64,000 bases of DNA, from the NCBI GenBank assembly GCA_965198945.1, contig CBDAQI010000011.1, positions 45,364-109,363 on the forward strand, read 5' to 3'. Shown piece after piece: positions 28,673 to 38,588 of the stretch (positions are counted from its first letter, which is position 1; each line of letters begins with the position of its first letter). The notes below the pieces were generated by a model. The model made no database searches and was not told the origin of the DNA. It saw nothing but the letters and a program-made list of their open reading frames with translations. Origin of the DNA: Thermodesulfobacteriota bacterium (lineage in GTDB: Bacteria > Desulfobacterota_D > UBA1144 > Nemesobacterales > Mycalebacteriaceae). A program made the position numbers and the translations under genes.

Positions 28673-29037
28673 TTCAGTCAAGTTCATATATTGAATCGGC
28701 TGACAATACCGGAGCCAAAAGACTTTACTGCATAAAGGTTCTCGGCGGTTCCAGAAGAAGATTTGCCCGGCTCGGAGATGTGGTTGTCGTATCGGTCAAG
28801 GAAGCAATGCCAAACTCAAAAGTTTCCAAAGGAGAGGTCTGCAAAGCGGTTATTGTGCGCGTAAAAAAAGAGAGCAGAAGGGTGGACGGAACATATGTGA
28901 GATTTGACAACAATGCTGCGGTAATCATAGACAAAGACAGAGAGCCCGTGGGAACAAGGGTGTTCGGACCCATAGCAAGAGAGCTTAGATTCAAGGGATT
29001 TATGAAGATAATCTCACTCGCGCCGGAGGTTGTTTGA
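28669..29037 (+). CDS. rplN: 50S ribosomal protein L14
   Basis: [27 protein letters not shown]. Confidence 0.98.
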   Translation: MIQSSSYIESADNTGAKRLYCIKVLGGSRRRFARLGDVVVVSVKEAMPNSKVSKGEVCKAVIVRVKKESRRVDGTYVRFDNNAAVIIDKDREPVGTRVFGPIARELRFKGFMKIISLAPEVV

Positions 29038-29360
29038 CTGTGGCGGAGAAATTCCACATCAGGAAAGGCGATAACGTTATAGTGCTTTCGGGAAAGGAGA
29101 AGGGGAAAACCGGCGTTGTGTCAGAGGTGATTGTCTCAAAAGGAAGAGCGATTGTTGAAAAGATCAATATGGTTAAACGCAATGTGCGCCCCACCCAGAA
29201 AAATCCTTCGGGCGGAATAATTGACAAGGAAGCGAGTTTGCATATTTCAAACCTGATGCTGTATGACACAAAAGAGTCTTCCCGTTTCAAAGCCGGTTAC
29301 TCCACAGGCAAAAACGGGGAAAAAATCAGAGTGAATCGTAAAACGGGGAAAAAGATATGA
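29034..29360 (+). CDS. rplX: 50S ribosomal protein L24
   Basis: [20 protein letters not shown] motif, EASLHISN. Confidence 0.96.
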   Translation: MTVAEKFHIRKGDNVIVLSGKEKGKTGVVSEVIVSKGRAIVEKINMVKRNVRPTQKNPSGGIIDKEASLHISNLMLYDTKESSRFKAGYSTGKNGEKIRVNRKTGKKI

Positions 29361-29929
29361 CGGCTGCTGCTGAACCGAGAATGAAAAAGATCTTTAATGA
29401 TCATGTTGTTCCGCGCATTATGGAGAGGAATTCCTATTCAAATTCCATGAGGGTTCCGCGCCTTGAGCGTATAGTTTTGAACATGGGGCTCGGGCGACTG
29501 AGTGAAGCCGGACGCAACAAAGCCGTTGTGGACGAAGCGGTCTCAGAGCTTGCTCTGATTGCCGGTCAGAGGCCCGTGATAACCAGATCCAAAAAATCAA
29601 TAGCGGGATTCAAGCTTCGTGAAGGGCTGCCCATAGGTTGTGCAGTTACCCTAAGGCGGACCAGAATGTATGAATTTTTTGACCGTCTGGTGAATCTGGC
29701 TCTGCCGAGAGTGAGGGATTTCAGGGGTGTGAGCGTGAGCTCATTTGACGGCGGGGGAAATTACAACCTTGGAGTAAGAGAGCATATAATATTTCCTGAG
29801 ATTGACTACAGCAAGGTTTCGAGGGTCAAGGGGCTCAACATAACATTTGTGACAACTGCGGAAAAAGATGAAGAGGCGAAAATCCTTCTAGAAGAGATGG
29901 GAATGCCTTTTGCAAGGGAGGAGCGGTGA
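29357..29929 (+). CDS. rplE: 50S ribosomal protein L5
   Basis: [32 protein letters not shown]. Confidence 0.98.
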   Translation: MTAAAEPRMKKIFNDHVVPRIMERNSYSNSMRVPRLERIVLNMGLGRLSEAGRNKAVVDEAVSELALIAGQRPVITRSKKSIAGFKLREGLPIGCAVTLRRTRMYEFFDRLVNLALPRVRDFRGVSVSSFDGGGNYNLGVREHIIFPEIDYSKVSRVKGLNITFVTTAEKDEEAKILLEEMGMPFAREER

Positions 29930-30114
29930 TGGCAAGAAAGGCGCTTTGGGAGAAATCCGAAAGAAAACCGAAATACAAGGTACGTAAAGTGAACCGCTGC
30001 TCTTTGTGCGGCAGACCGAGGGCGTTCATAAGACAGTTCGGAATATGCAGGCTGTGTTTCAGAGAGCTTGCGAGCCGCGGTGAAATTGTGGGAGTGAGAA
30101 AGGCAAGTTTTTAA
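29929..30114 (+). CDS. rpsN: 30S ribosomal protein S14, short zinc-binding type Z
   Basis: [18 protein letters not shown]. Confidence 0.96.
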   Translation: MARKALWEKSERKPKYKVRKVNRCSLCGRPRAFIRQFGICRLCFRELASRGEIVGVRKASF

Positions 30115-30122
30115 ACTTTGAG

Positions 30123-30524
30123 GTGGAAAAAATGACAGACCCGATAGCGGACATGGTTGCGAGAATACGAAATGCGCAGATGGTAAAGCACAGCGAAGTT
30201 ACCCTTCCCTACTCCAATATCAAAAGTGAGATAGGCAGAGTATTAAAGGAAGAGGGTTATATTGAGGAGTGCGTTGTTTCGGGAGAAGGCGTGAAAAAAG
30301 AGATTAGAGTTCGGCTCAAATACTCGGGCCGGGGCGCTCCGGGAATAAGGTTCATCAAAAGGATAAGCAAGCCCAGCGGCAGGTTATACATCGGGAAAGA
30401 CGAAATTCCCCGTGTCGTTACGGGAATGGGAACCGCAGTAATCTCAACCTCAAAAGGCATAATGACCGGGCGCAATGCCAGAGAGATGGGTGTGGGCGGC
30501 GAAGTTATCTGCACCGTGATGTGA
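30123..30524 (+). CDS. rpsH: 30S ribosomal protein S8
   Basis: TDPIADM..RIRNA, STSKGIMT, GGEVIC. Confidence 0.97.
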   Translation: MEKMTDPIADMVARIRNAQMVKHSEVTLPYSNIKSEIGRVLKEEGYIEECVVSGEGVKKEIRVRLKYSGRGAPGIRFIKRISKPSGRLYIGKDEIPRVVTGMGTAVISTSKGIMTGRNAREMGVGGEVICTVM

Positions 30525-30531
30525 TTTTGGT

Positions 30532-31080
30532 ATGTCAAGAATAGGAAAAAAACCCGTGGCCATTCCGGAAAAAGTTGATGTCAGCATATCCGGAGATGTT
30601 GTCAGCATAAAAGGTCCCAAGGGAGAGCTTCCCGTCGCAATTCCGGACGGGCTGAGCGTTGAGGTCGGAGACGGAATGATAAATGTGAAAATAGATACGG
30701 AATCAAAAGGTATAAAGTCTCATCACGGTCTTGTGAGAATGCTCATAGCTAATTCCGTTCAGGGTGTTAACGAGGGGTTTACAAAAATTCTTGAAATAAT
30801 CGGAACCGGTTACAAGGCGGAGCTTTCGGGGAAAAACGCTTTGAAAATGTCTCTCGGTTACTCTCATCCGATTACTTTTTCCCTGCCTGAGGGAATTGCC
30901 GCGAAGGTGGAAGGGCGCGGAACGAGGCTGATTCTTGAAGGGGCTGACAAACAGGTTGTAGGCGAAGTGGCGGCAAAAATCAGAGAACTTCGGGAGCCCG
31001 ATGCCTACAAGGGCAAAGGCGTGAAGCTTTCGGATGAACATATCAAACTTAAGCCGGGGAAATCAGGTGCGAAAAAATAA
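30532..31080 (+). CDS. rplF: 50S ribosomal protein L6
   Basis: MSRIGKKP, LGYSHP, PDAYKGKG. Confidence 0.97.
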   Translation: MSRIGKKPVAIPEKVDVSISGDVVSIKGPKGELPVAIPDGLSVEVGDGMINVKIDTESKGIKSHHGLVRMLIANSVQGVNEGFTKILEIIGTGYKAELSGKNALKMSLGYSHPITFSLPEGIAAKVEGRGTRLILEGADKQVVGEVAAKIRELREPDAYKGKGVKLSDEHIKLKPGKSGAKK

Positions 31081-31445
31081 TGATTAAAGACAGAAAAGCT
31101 CTCAGAAACAGAAGGCACAAAAGAATAAGAAAAAAAATCTCCGGTACCGCGGACATCCCGAGGCTGTGCGTCTTTAAGTCCGCAAGGCACATATATGCTC
31201 AAATCATTGACGATGCCGCCGGCAGAACAATGTTCGCCGCTTCTTCTCTTACACCGGAGATCAGACAAGAGGTTGAGAAAAAAGATTCAAAAGCGGAGCG
31301 GGCAAAAGCCGTTGGTGAATATCTCGGACAGGTTTCAGTCGCCGGGGGGCTGAAGAAAGTGGTTTTTGACAGGGGCGGATACCCTTTTCACGGAAGGGTG
31401 AAGTTTCTTGCGGACGGACTGAAGGAGAAAGGCCTTGAATTCTAA
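31080..31445 (+). CDS. rplR: 50S ribosomal protein L18
   Basis: PRLCVFKS..HIYAQIIDD, FDRGGYPFHGRV. Confidence 0.97.
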   Translation: MIKDRKALRNRRHKRIRKKISGTADIPRLCVFKSARHIYAQIIDDAAGRTMFAASSLTPEIRQEVEKKDSKAERAKAVGEYLGQVSVAGGLKKVVFDRGGYPFHGRVKFLADGLKEKGLEF

Positions 31446-31989
31446 AGATATTGCAGATTCCCTTTCCACAAATTCATTTATTGACCCGGCCGGGCTTGAA
31501 CTTGAGGAAAAAGTTGTTGACATCAGGCGTGTCGCCAAGGTTACAAAGGGCGGTAAACGTTTTCATTTCACCGCCATGACCGTGGTGGGCAACGGAAACG
31601 GGATAGTGGGTTACGGTCTGGGCAAGTCAAACGAAGTTCCGGGCGCAATCAAAAAAGGCACGGATAAAGCGCGCAAGAGCCTCATAAAAATCCCTCTGCA
31701 CGGTTCAACAATACCGCACGAGGTTTCATGTGTGAGTTCATCAAGCCGTGTTGTGCTTCTGCCCGCGGCTCCGGGCACGGGTGTTATTTCAGGCGGCCCC
31801 GTCCGTGCGGTGGCCGATCTTGCGGGGATCCACGACATACTTTCCAAAGTTCTGGGCTCAAGAAACCCGATTAACGTTGTCGCCGCGACAATAAAGGCGC
31901 TTTCACAGCTGGTGCTTCCGGAACAGGTCGCTCTTGAGCGCCGAAAGGAGGTTTCCGATTTGGATCTTCCTCCGTATTATAAATTCTGA
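31435..31989 (+). CDS. rpsE: 30S ribosomal protein S5
   Basis: RVAKVTKGGKRF, PAAPGTGVI, GSRNPIN. Confidence 0.97.
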   Translation: MNSKDIADSLSTNSFIDPAGLELEEKVVDIRRVAKVTKGGKRFHFTAMTVVGNGNGIVGYGLGKSNEVPGAIKKGTDKARKSLIKIPLHGSTIPHEVSCVSSSSRVVLLPAAPGTGVISGGPVRAVADLAGIHDILSKVLGSRNPINVVAATIKALSQLVLPEQVALERRKEVSDLDLPPYYKF

Positions 31990-32009
31990 AATTCTGAGGT
32001 TTTATTGAA

Positions 32010-32441
32010 ATGCTTGACAGATTGCCGAAACCCGCCGGTTCAGTAAAGTCCCGCCAGAGAGTGGGAAGAGGGGCGGGCTCAAATGGGAAAACCTCCGGAC
32101 GCGGACACAAGGGGCAGGGCTCAAGGGCCGGCAGGGGCGTTTCTCTATGGTTTGAGGGAGGACAGACTCCTCTTAAAATGAGAATTCCCAAAAGGGGTTT
32201 CAAAAACATGTTCAAGACTCTCTACGACATAGTAAACGTAGGGGCGCTTGAGCGTTTTGAAGACGGGGCCACTGTGGATGCCGGGACGCTTCTGCAAAAT
32301 AATTTTATAAGCGGAAAACGCAAGATAAAACTTCTGGGGAACGGAAATATTGAAAAAAAACTGACCCTCAAAGTTAATGCCGCAAGCGGCGCTTCCATTC
32401 AGAAAATAGAGCGCTGTGGCGGCAAGGTAGAGATTTTATGA
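32010..32441 (+). CDS. rplO: 50S ribosomal protein L15
   Basis: GKTSGRGHKGQ, FEGGQTPL..PKRGF. Confidence 0.97.
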   Translation: MLDRLPKPAGSVKSRQRVGRGAGSNGKTSGRGHKGQGSRAGRGVSLWFEGGQTPLKMRIPKRGFKNMFKTLYDIVNVGALERFEDGATVDAGTLLQNNFISGKRKIKLLGNGNIEKKLTLKVNAASGASIQKIERCGGKVEIL

Positions 32442-33757
32442 GTTCGCCTTCCTCAGGAAATTCCCGTGTTTCCGAACTGAACAGAAGGCTGCTCATAACC
32501 CTGTTTATACTGCTCATCTACAGACTGGGAGTTTTTATCCCGGTTCCCGGAATATCACCGGCACAGATTTCACAGCTTTTTGAGAGGACAAGCGGAACGG
32601 TATTTGATCTGTTCAATATGTTTTCGGGAGGAGCTCTTGAGCAGGCGTCAATTTTTGCTCTCGGGGTAATTCCCTACATTACTTCCTCAATTCTTATGTC
32701 TCTTCTGGTCAAAGCCATCCCCAGACTTGAGGCGCTTCAAAAGGAGGAGGGGCAGGCGGGAAGGAGAAAAATCAACCAGTATTCGCGTTACGGAACGGTT
32801 CCCATATCAATTATTCAAGCCGCCGTTCTTACTCTCGCGCTTGAGGCCGGAGCGGCTGAAAACCCTAACCTGGGTTTTCGCCTGACCACGATACTGACCC
32901 TGACTTCCGGTTCAATGCTTGTTATGTGGCTCGGAGAGCAGATATCGGAAAGGGGCATAGGCAACGGTGTTTCTCTGATAATTACCATGTCAATTCTCGC
33001 CGGAATTCCGGGCGCTCTGTGGAATATGGTGAGGCTTGTGAGGGTCGGTGATATAACGGTGCTCGGCATGGTTCTTATATTTGTTTTTCTAATTTTTGTA
33101 ATGGGTGTGATAGTTTTTGTTGAAACCGCATACAGAAAAATCCCGATACAGCACCCGAGAAAAATGATGGGAAGAAAGATGGTTGAAGGCCAGTCCACTC
33201 ATCTTCCGCTGAAAATCAATCCCTCCGGCGTTATTCCGCCCATATTCGCCTCTTCGCTGCTTATCTTTCCGGCTACGATTCTCGCCATTACCGACACTCC
33301 TTTTGTCAGAATGATTTCAGATGCGGTGATACAGAATCCTTTTGTCTACAACATCGTATTTGCGGTTCTCATCGTGTTCTTTTCTTTTTTCTACACCGGA
33401 ATTGTGTATGACCCCGCAGACCTCTCGGACAATATAAAAAACAGCGGGGCGAATGTTCCCGGCATAAGACCCGGAGCGAAGACCTCGGAATACATCGGTT
33501 CAATTTTGAGCAGAATAACACTAATCGGTTCACTCTATCTTGTCGCGGTTTGTGTTCTTCCGAGTTTTCTCCAGCGCGACCCTTTTAACCTGCCTTTTTA
33601 TTTCGGAGGAACTTCACTGCTTATTATTATAGGAGTGGCGCTTGATTTTATGCAGCGGGTTCAGTCTTTCGTTATAACGCGCAACTACAACTCTTTTTCA
33701 GCGGCGGGCGGACGACGCGCAAAAAATCCCAACCAGCGCCGCAGAAGAGGTTTTTAG
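32438..33757 (+). CDS. secY: Preprotein translocase subunit SecY
   Basis: SIFALGVIPYITSSI, WLGEQI..GIGNGVSL, GVIPPIFA, PGIRPG, GGTSLLI. Confidence 0.98.
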   Translation: MSSPSSGNSRVSELNRRLLITLFILLIYRLGVFIPVPGISPAQISQLFERTSGTVFDLFNMFSGGALEQASIFALGVIPYITSSILMSLLVKAIPRLEALQKEEGQAGRRKINQYSRYGTVPISIIQAAVLTLALEAGAAENPNLGFRLTTILTLTSGSMLVMWLGEQISERGIGNGVSLIITMSILAGIPGALWNMVRLVRVGDITVLGMVLIFVFLIFVMGVIVFVETAYRKIPIQHPRKMMGRKMVEGQSTHLPLKINPSGVIPPIFASSLLIFPATILAITDTPFVRMISDAVIQNPFVYNIVFAVLIVFFSFFYTGIVYDPADLSDNIKNSGANVPGIRPGAKTSEYIGSILSRITLIGSLYLVAVCVLPSFLQRDPFNLPFYFGGTSLLIIIGVALDFMQRVQSFVITRNYNSFSAAGGRRAKNPNQRRRRGF

Positions 33758-33780
33758 AAAATTCCCGGAGGAAGTGATTG

Positions 33781-34344
33781 ATGAATTTGATAATATTCGG
33801 GCCGCCGGGCGCGGGAAAAGGCACACAGGCGGATTTTATAGTGAAGGTCTGCGGAACGGCTCACATCTCCACCGGTGATTTGCTCAGAGATGCGGTGAGG
33901 AGAGAAACCGAAACGGGCATTGTGGCAAAAAGCTATATGGACAAGGGGGAACTTGTTCCCGATGATGTTATGATAGCCATAATAGAGGAAAAAGTAAGCG
34001 TTTTGAACGGAGAGGGATTTCTTCTGGACGGATTTCCGAGGACAATTGCGCAGGCGCGCGCACTTGATGAAATGCTCGGAGGCCGCAATCTTGCGATTGA
34101 GGCCGTTTTGTCTCTCGGAGTAAACGAAGAGGAATTGGTAAGGAGGCTTCTCAAGAGGGCTGAGATTGAAGGCCGTGAAGACGATAATGAAATTGTGATA
34201 CTCAACAGGCTTAATGTTTACAGAAAACAGACCCTTCCCCTTGCCGATTACTACAAATCAAAAGGGGTTTTTCATGAAATAGACGGAACCGGGACCATTG
34301 ACGATGTGAAGGAGAGAATCAGTTCAATAGTTTCCGCACTTTAG
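33781..34344 (+). CDS. adk: Adenylate kinase (short-LID type)
   Basis: GPPGAGKGTQA, LLDGFPRT, GREDDN; no zinc LID. Confidence 0.96.
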   Translation: MNLIIFGPPGAGKGTQADFIVKVCGTAHISTGDLLRDAVRRETETGIVAKSYMDKGELVPDDVMIAIIEEKVSVLNGEGFLLDGFPRTIAQARALDEMLGGRNLAIEAVLSLGVNEEELVRRLLKRAEIEGREDDNEIVILNRLNVYRKQTLPLADYYKSKGVFHEIDGTGTIDDVKERISSIVSAL

Positions 34345-34353
34345 ATTAGAGTT

Positions 34354-35115
34354 ATGACTGCAGGTGAAATCAAAGAAAAAGTCAACGGAATGAAGAAAGC
34401 GGCTTCGGTTGTGTCCGAAGTTCTTGAAAAGCTCAGCGAAACCGCGCGAGAGGGAATTTCCACCTGGGAGTTGAACCGTGTCGCCGAGGGTGTCGCCGCA
34501 AAACGTTCGGCCAAACCGGCTTTCAAGGGCTATATGGGATTTCCATGTTCACTCTGTGTTTCCGTCAACGAAGAGGTTGTTCACGGAATACCTTCAAAAG
34601 ACAGAATACTCAAAGAGGGGGATATAGTGGGAATGGATTTCGGAGCCCTTGTGGGAGAATTCTATGGCGACTCGGCCATAACAGTTCCAATCGGATGCGT
34701 TTCTCCGCAAGCGGAACTGCTGCTTCAAATCACCAGAGATTCGCTTGAAAGGGGAATAGAGAAGGCGCGTCCTTCAAAACGGCTTTATGAAATTTCCGGA
34801 GCCATACAGAGCCATGTTGAGAACAAAGGGCTTTCCGTAGTCAAGTCTTTTGTCGGGCACGGCATAGGGAAAAAGCTGCATGAAGAGCCTCAAGTGCCCA
34901 ATTTTATTCCGCCCGGAGACACCCGGCACGGCGTGATGATGCGTCCCGGCATGGCTCTGGCCATAGAACCGATGGTGAATGAGGGCTCCGCCGAAATAAA
35001 AACTTTGCCTGATAATTGGACTGTTGTTACAAGTGATGGTAAACTGTCCGCTCATTTTGAGCACACTGTGGCAATAACTGAGAACGGCCCGGAAGTGCTT
35101 ACGAGATTTAACTGA
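34354..35115 (+). CDS. map: Methionine aminopeptidase type I
   Basis: SVNEEVVHGIP, GHGIG..HEEP, AIEPM, SAHFEHT. Confidence 0.97.
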   Translation: MTAGEIKEKVNGMKKAASVVSEVLEKLSETAREGISTWELNRVAEGVAAKRSAKPAFKGYMGFPCSLCVSVNEEVVHGIPSKDRILKEGDIVGMDFGALVGEFYGDSAITVPIGCVSPQAELLLQITRDSLERGIEKARPSKRLYEISGAIQSHVENKGLSVVKSFVGHGIGKKLHEEPQVPNFIPPGDTRHGVMMRPGMALAIEPMVNEGSAEIKTLPDNWTVVTSDGKLSAHFEHTVAITENGPEVLTRFN

Positions 35116-35140
35116 AGTATTTTAGAAAAATGGTGTTTTA

Positions 35141-35383
35141 ATGTCAAAGGGAGACGCGGTTGAGTTTGAAGGAACGGTTGTTGAGGCTTTGCCCAACGCC
35201 ATGTTCAGAGTTGAAATGCAGAACGGTTCAAAAGTTCTGGCATATGTTTCAGGTAAAATGAGAAGAGCGAGATCAAGGTTTGTGAGGATTGTCCCGGGAG
35301 ACAGGGTGAAGATTGAAATATCTCCATATGATTTGTCCAGAGGCAGAATCACTTACAGAATGAGGACGGACAGACCAAATTGA
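35141..35383 (+). CDS. infA: Translation initiation factor IF-1
   Basis: [28 protein letters not shown]. Confidence 0.97.
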   Translation: MSKGDAVEFEGTVVEALPNAMFRVEMQNGSKVLAYVSGKMRRARSRFVRIVPGDRVKIEISPYDLSRGRITYRMRTDRPN

Positions 35384-35493
35384 AAGTAAGGTCGTCGGTA
35401 AAAAAAATCTGCAAAAAGTGCAGGGTTATAAAGCGCAGGGGAACCGTGAGGATTATCTGCGTAAATAAACGCTGCAAACAGAGGCAGGGATAG
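35380..35493 (+). CDS. rpmJ: 50S ribosomal protein L36 (absent from ORF track)
   Basis: TTG start; [37 protein letters not shown]. Confidence 0.95.
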   Translation: MKVRSSVKKICKKCRVIKRRGTVRIICVNKRCKQRQG

Positions 35494-35502
35494 GAGAGGG
35501 AT

Positions 35503-35886
35503 ATGCCCAGAATAGCCGGAGTGGACATTCCTCAGGACAAAAGAGTTGAGTTTGCCTTGACCTACATATACGGGATAGGCAGAGCCGCGGCATCTGATAT
35601 CGTGAATGCTCTAAAAATCAATCCGGCAAAAAGGTCCAAAGACCTGAATGAGAAAGAAGTGGCCGATATAAGGCGGTTTATAGAAGAAAACTGTATCGTT
35701 GAAGGTGATTTGCGCAAAGATGTGCAGATGAACATCAAACGCCTGGTTGAGATAGGATGTTACAGAGGAATAAGACATCGCAGCGGGCTTCCGGTGCGCG
35801 GGCAGAAAACAAAAGCGAACGCCAGAACCAGAAAGGGCCCCAGGGGCACGGCGATAGCAAAGAAAAAAAAGGCGGGTAAGAAATAG
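35503..35886 (+). CDS. rpsM: 30S ribosomal protein S13
   Basis: [28 protein letters not shown]. Confidence 0.98.
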   Translation: MPRIAGVDIPQDKRVEFALTYIYGIGRAAASDIVNALKINPAKRSKDLNEKEVADIRRFIEENCIVEGDLRKDVQMNIKRLVEIGCYRGIRHRSGLPVRGQKTKANARTRKGPRGTAIAKKKKAGKK

Positions 35887-35913
35887 TCAGGCGCCTCTGA
35901 AAGGAAAATAAAA

Positions 35914-36300
35914 ATGGCAAAGAAAACCGCAAAAAAGAAAGTCAAAAGGTCTGTCGCTGAAGGGGTGGTTAAAATACACGCCACTTTCAGCAATACGATT
36001 ATTACCGTCTCCGACCCTCAGGGCGACGTGATTGCCTGGTCAAGCGGCGGAGCCAGAGGTTTTAAGGGGACAAGGAAGGGGACTCCGTTTGCAGCCCAGG
36101 TGGCGGCGGAGGATGTGGCAAAAAAAACGATTAGTTCGGCAGGCATGAAGACGGCGCGCGTTTATGTAAAGGGTCCGGGGCCCGGAAGAGAATCAGCCAT
36201 AAGATCAATTCAGGCCGCCGGTATCAGGGTTGCGTCAATAAGAGACATTACTCCGATACCGCATAACGGATGCAGACCTCCCGGCAAGAGAAGGGTATAG
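35914..36300 (+). CDS. rpsK: 30S ribosomal protein S11
   Basis: [28 protein letters not shown]. Confidence 0.98.
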   Translation: MAKKTAKKKVKRSVAEGVVKIHATFSNTIITVSDPQGDVIAWSSGGARGFKGTRKGTPFAAQVAAEDVAKKTISSAGMKTARVYVKGPGPGRESAIRSIQAAGIRVASIRDITPIPHNGCRPPGKRRV

Positions 36301-36316
36301 GGGGAAGATTTTGTAA

Positions 36317-36949
36317 ATGTCAAGATATACGGGACCAACTTGCAAACTGTGCAGAAGAGAAGGCGAACAGCTCTTTTTGAAGGGTGAGAGATGTATGAAG
36401 GGCAAATGCGCCCTTGAGAGAAAGCCTTATCCGCCGGGTATGCAGGGGAAAAGGATAAGGAGAAGGGTTACGGAATACGGTCTCAGGCTCAGAGAAAAGC
36501 AGAAAGCCAAAAGGATTTACGGAGTGACCGAGCGTCAGTTCAAAATTTATTTCAAAGAGGCGGCGGGAACAAAGGGGATAACCGGTTCGCTTCTTCTTTC
36601 AATTATTGAGACACGGCTTGACAATGTGGTTTACCGTCTCGGATTCGCTTCAACCCGCAATCAGGCGCGCCAGCTCGTAAATCTTGGTCATATAAATGTT
36701 GACGGCAGACGGGTGGATGTCTCTTCATACAGAGTCAGGCCTTCAAGCGTTGTTGAAGTCAGGGAAGGCAGCAGAAAGATGTCCAGCATAAATGAGTCTC
36801 TGGGGTTTTCTGAAAAGAAAGGCATTCCCGGGTGGCTGAGTCTGGACAAGATGAATTACAGGGGAACAATGAGCAGGACTCCCGAAAGAGAGGACGTTCA
36901 GGTTCCGATAAGTGAGAATTTGATTGTTGAGTTTTACTCAAGAGTATGA
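36317..36949 (+). CDS. rpsD: 30S ribosomal protein S4 (Cys-containing type)
   Basis: CKLCRREG, LREKQK, RLDNVVYRLG, IVEFYSR. Confidence 0.98.
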   Translation: MSRYTGPTCKLCRREGEQLFLKGERCMKGKCALERKPYPPGMQGKRIRRRVTEYGLRLREKQKAKRIYGVTERQFKIYFKEAAGTKGITGSLLLSIIETRLDNVVYRLGFASTRNQARQLVNLGHINVDGRRVDVSSYRVRPSSVVEVREGSRKMSSINESLGFSEKKGIPGWLSLDKMNYRGTMSRTPEREDVQVPISENLIVEFYSRV

Positions 36950-37005
36950 TGTTCCGGAGAGATGCATAAACTTATTTGCTTGAAGGATTAAACGGAGGAC
37001 GGAAT

Positions 37006-38034
37006 TTGAAAGATTTTCAAAACAACTGGACTACACTGGTCGTTCCGAAGAAGGTTGTCAAAGATGACAAAACCGCAACTTCTTCCTACGGAAAGTTCAG
37101 TTTTGAACCACTTGAGAGGGGTTACGCGATTACAATAGGAAACGCGCTCAGACGCGTTCTTCTTTCCTCTCTTCAGGGCCCGGCGGTCGTGGCCGTCAAA
37201 ATTGAGGGCGTGCTCCACGAGTTTTCTTCAATTCCCGGAGTTGTTGAAGACGTAACCGAGATACTTATGAACCTCAAGGGGATTAATTTCAAGGCGAACA
37301 CGTCGCAGACGCAGATTCTTGATTTGTCTTTTCAGGGCCCCGGAGAAGTCACGGCTTCTGATATCAAGTCAACAAACAACATTAAGGTTGAAAACGGAGA
37401 CCATTTTATAGCGACCGTGTCAAATGAAACCAAGCTGGAGATGAGTCTGGTTATTGAAACCGGCAGGGGTTATGAGCCTGTGGAGGAAAGGGAGAATCCC
37501 CGCTCCATGGGAGAGGAATATCTTCCCGTAGACGCCTTTTTCTCTCCGGTGAAAAAAGTGAACTACAACATAAAAAATGCCCGTGTCGGCAGAAGAACCG
37601 ATTATGAAAATCTTGTTATTGAAATATGGACAAACGGCTCGGTGTCTCCCGAAGACGCTCTCGCCTACGCGGCCAAGATAATCACTGAACAAATGAAAAG
37701 ATTCATCAATTTCAATGATCAGAAACTGGAACAGGAAGAGGCGGGAGAAGGTTCGGTTGTAATCAGGGGCGATGAAGAGTTTCTTTTTACCCCTCTTGAT
37801 GAGGTGGACTTCTCAGTAAGGTCTTTGAACTGCCTGACCGGCGCAAACATGGAATATGTAGGGGACTTGATTCAAAAAAATGAAAGCGAATTGCTAAGCC
37901 TTCCCAGTTTCGGGAAGAGTTCGCTTGAAGATGTGTACGACAAACTCAAAACTTTTTCGCCGTCAATGTCGCTTGATACGAAGATAAACCGGGAAGTTTA
38001 CGAAAAAATCAAGGAAAGCCGCGCCAAGTCATAG
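37006..38034 (+). CDS. rpoA: RNA polymerase alpha subunit
   Basis: EPLERGY..TIGNALRRVLLSS, HEFSSIPGV.ED, DAFFSPV, SVRSLNCL; TTG start after GGAGG. Confidence 0.97.
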   Translation: MKDFQNNWTTLVVPKKVVKDDKTATSSYGKFSFEPLERGYAITIGNALRRVLLSSLQGPAVVAVKIEGVLHEFSSIPGVVEDVTEILMNLKGINFKANTSQTQILDLSFQGPGEVTASDIKSTNNIKVENGDHFIATVSNETKLEMSLVIETGRGYEPVEERENPRSMGEEYLPVDAFFSPVKKVNYNIKNARVGRRTDYENLVIEIWTNGSVSPEDALAYAAKIITEQMKRFINFNDQKLEQEEAGEGSVVIRGDEEFLFTPLDEVDFSVRSLNCLTGANMEYVGDLIQKNESELLSLPSFGKSSLEDVYDKLKTFSPSMSLDTKINREVYEKIKESRAKS

Positions 38035-38062
38035 AAGACTTTGCGCTTTGGGATTTTGTGTC

Positions 38063-38560
38063 ATGAGAAACAGAAGACTGGGAAGAAAACTCGGGGTGAG
38101 AACCAAGCACAGAAAAGCGATGTTGCGCAACATGGCAACGGAGCTCTTCAGACATGAAAAAATCAGAACGACTGACACGAGAGCGAAAGAACTGAAACGT
38201 GTGGCGGATAAAATTATCACGCTTGCAAAAAACAGCGCCGGTGACGGCGGGCTTGTTTTCAAAAGACGTATTTTTGGCTACATAACAGACAAAGAAGTCG
38301 CCCGCAAAGTGTTCACCGAGATTGCCGACAGATATAAACAGCGTCCGGGCGGATATTCAAGAATAATAAGTCTTGGCTTCAGGGCGGGGGACCAAACGCC
38401 GATTTCGCAGATAGAACTCGTAACTGAAGAGTATAAACCCTCTTCCCGCACGAAAACTCCGCGCAAGTCAAACTTGCCGGCTCCTAAAAAGAAAAAAGAC
38501 GAAAAGCCCGCCGAAACACGGGACGCTTCGCCTGAAAAAGACGACGCCGGCAAAGCATAG
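38063..38560 (+). CDS. rplQ: 50S ribosomal protein L17 with charged C-terminal extension
   Basis: RKLG..HRKAMLRN, I.TT..RAKE, RPGGYSRI. Confidence 0.97.
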   Translation: MRNRRLGRKLGVRTKHRKAMLRNMATELFRHEKIRTTDTRAKELKRVADKIITLAKNSAGDGGLVFKRRIFGYITDKEVARKVFTEIADRYKQRPGGYSRIISLGFRAGDQTPISQIELVTEEYKPSSRTKTPRKSNLPAPKKKKDEKPAETRDASPEKDDAGKA

Positions 38561-38588
38561 TTATCGTCTCACGGCACGTTTTCCCCGA

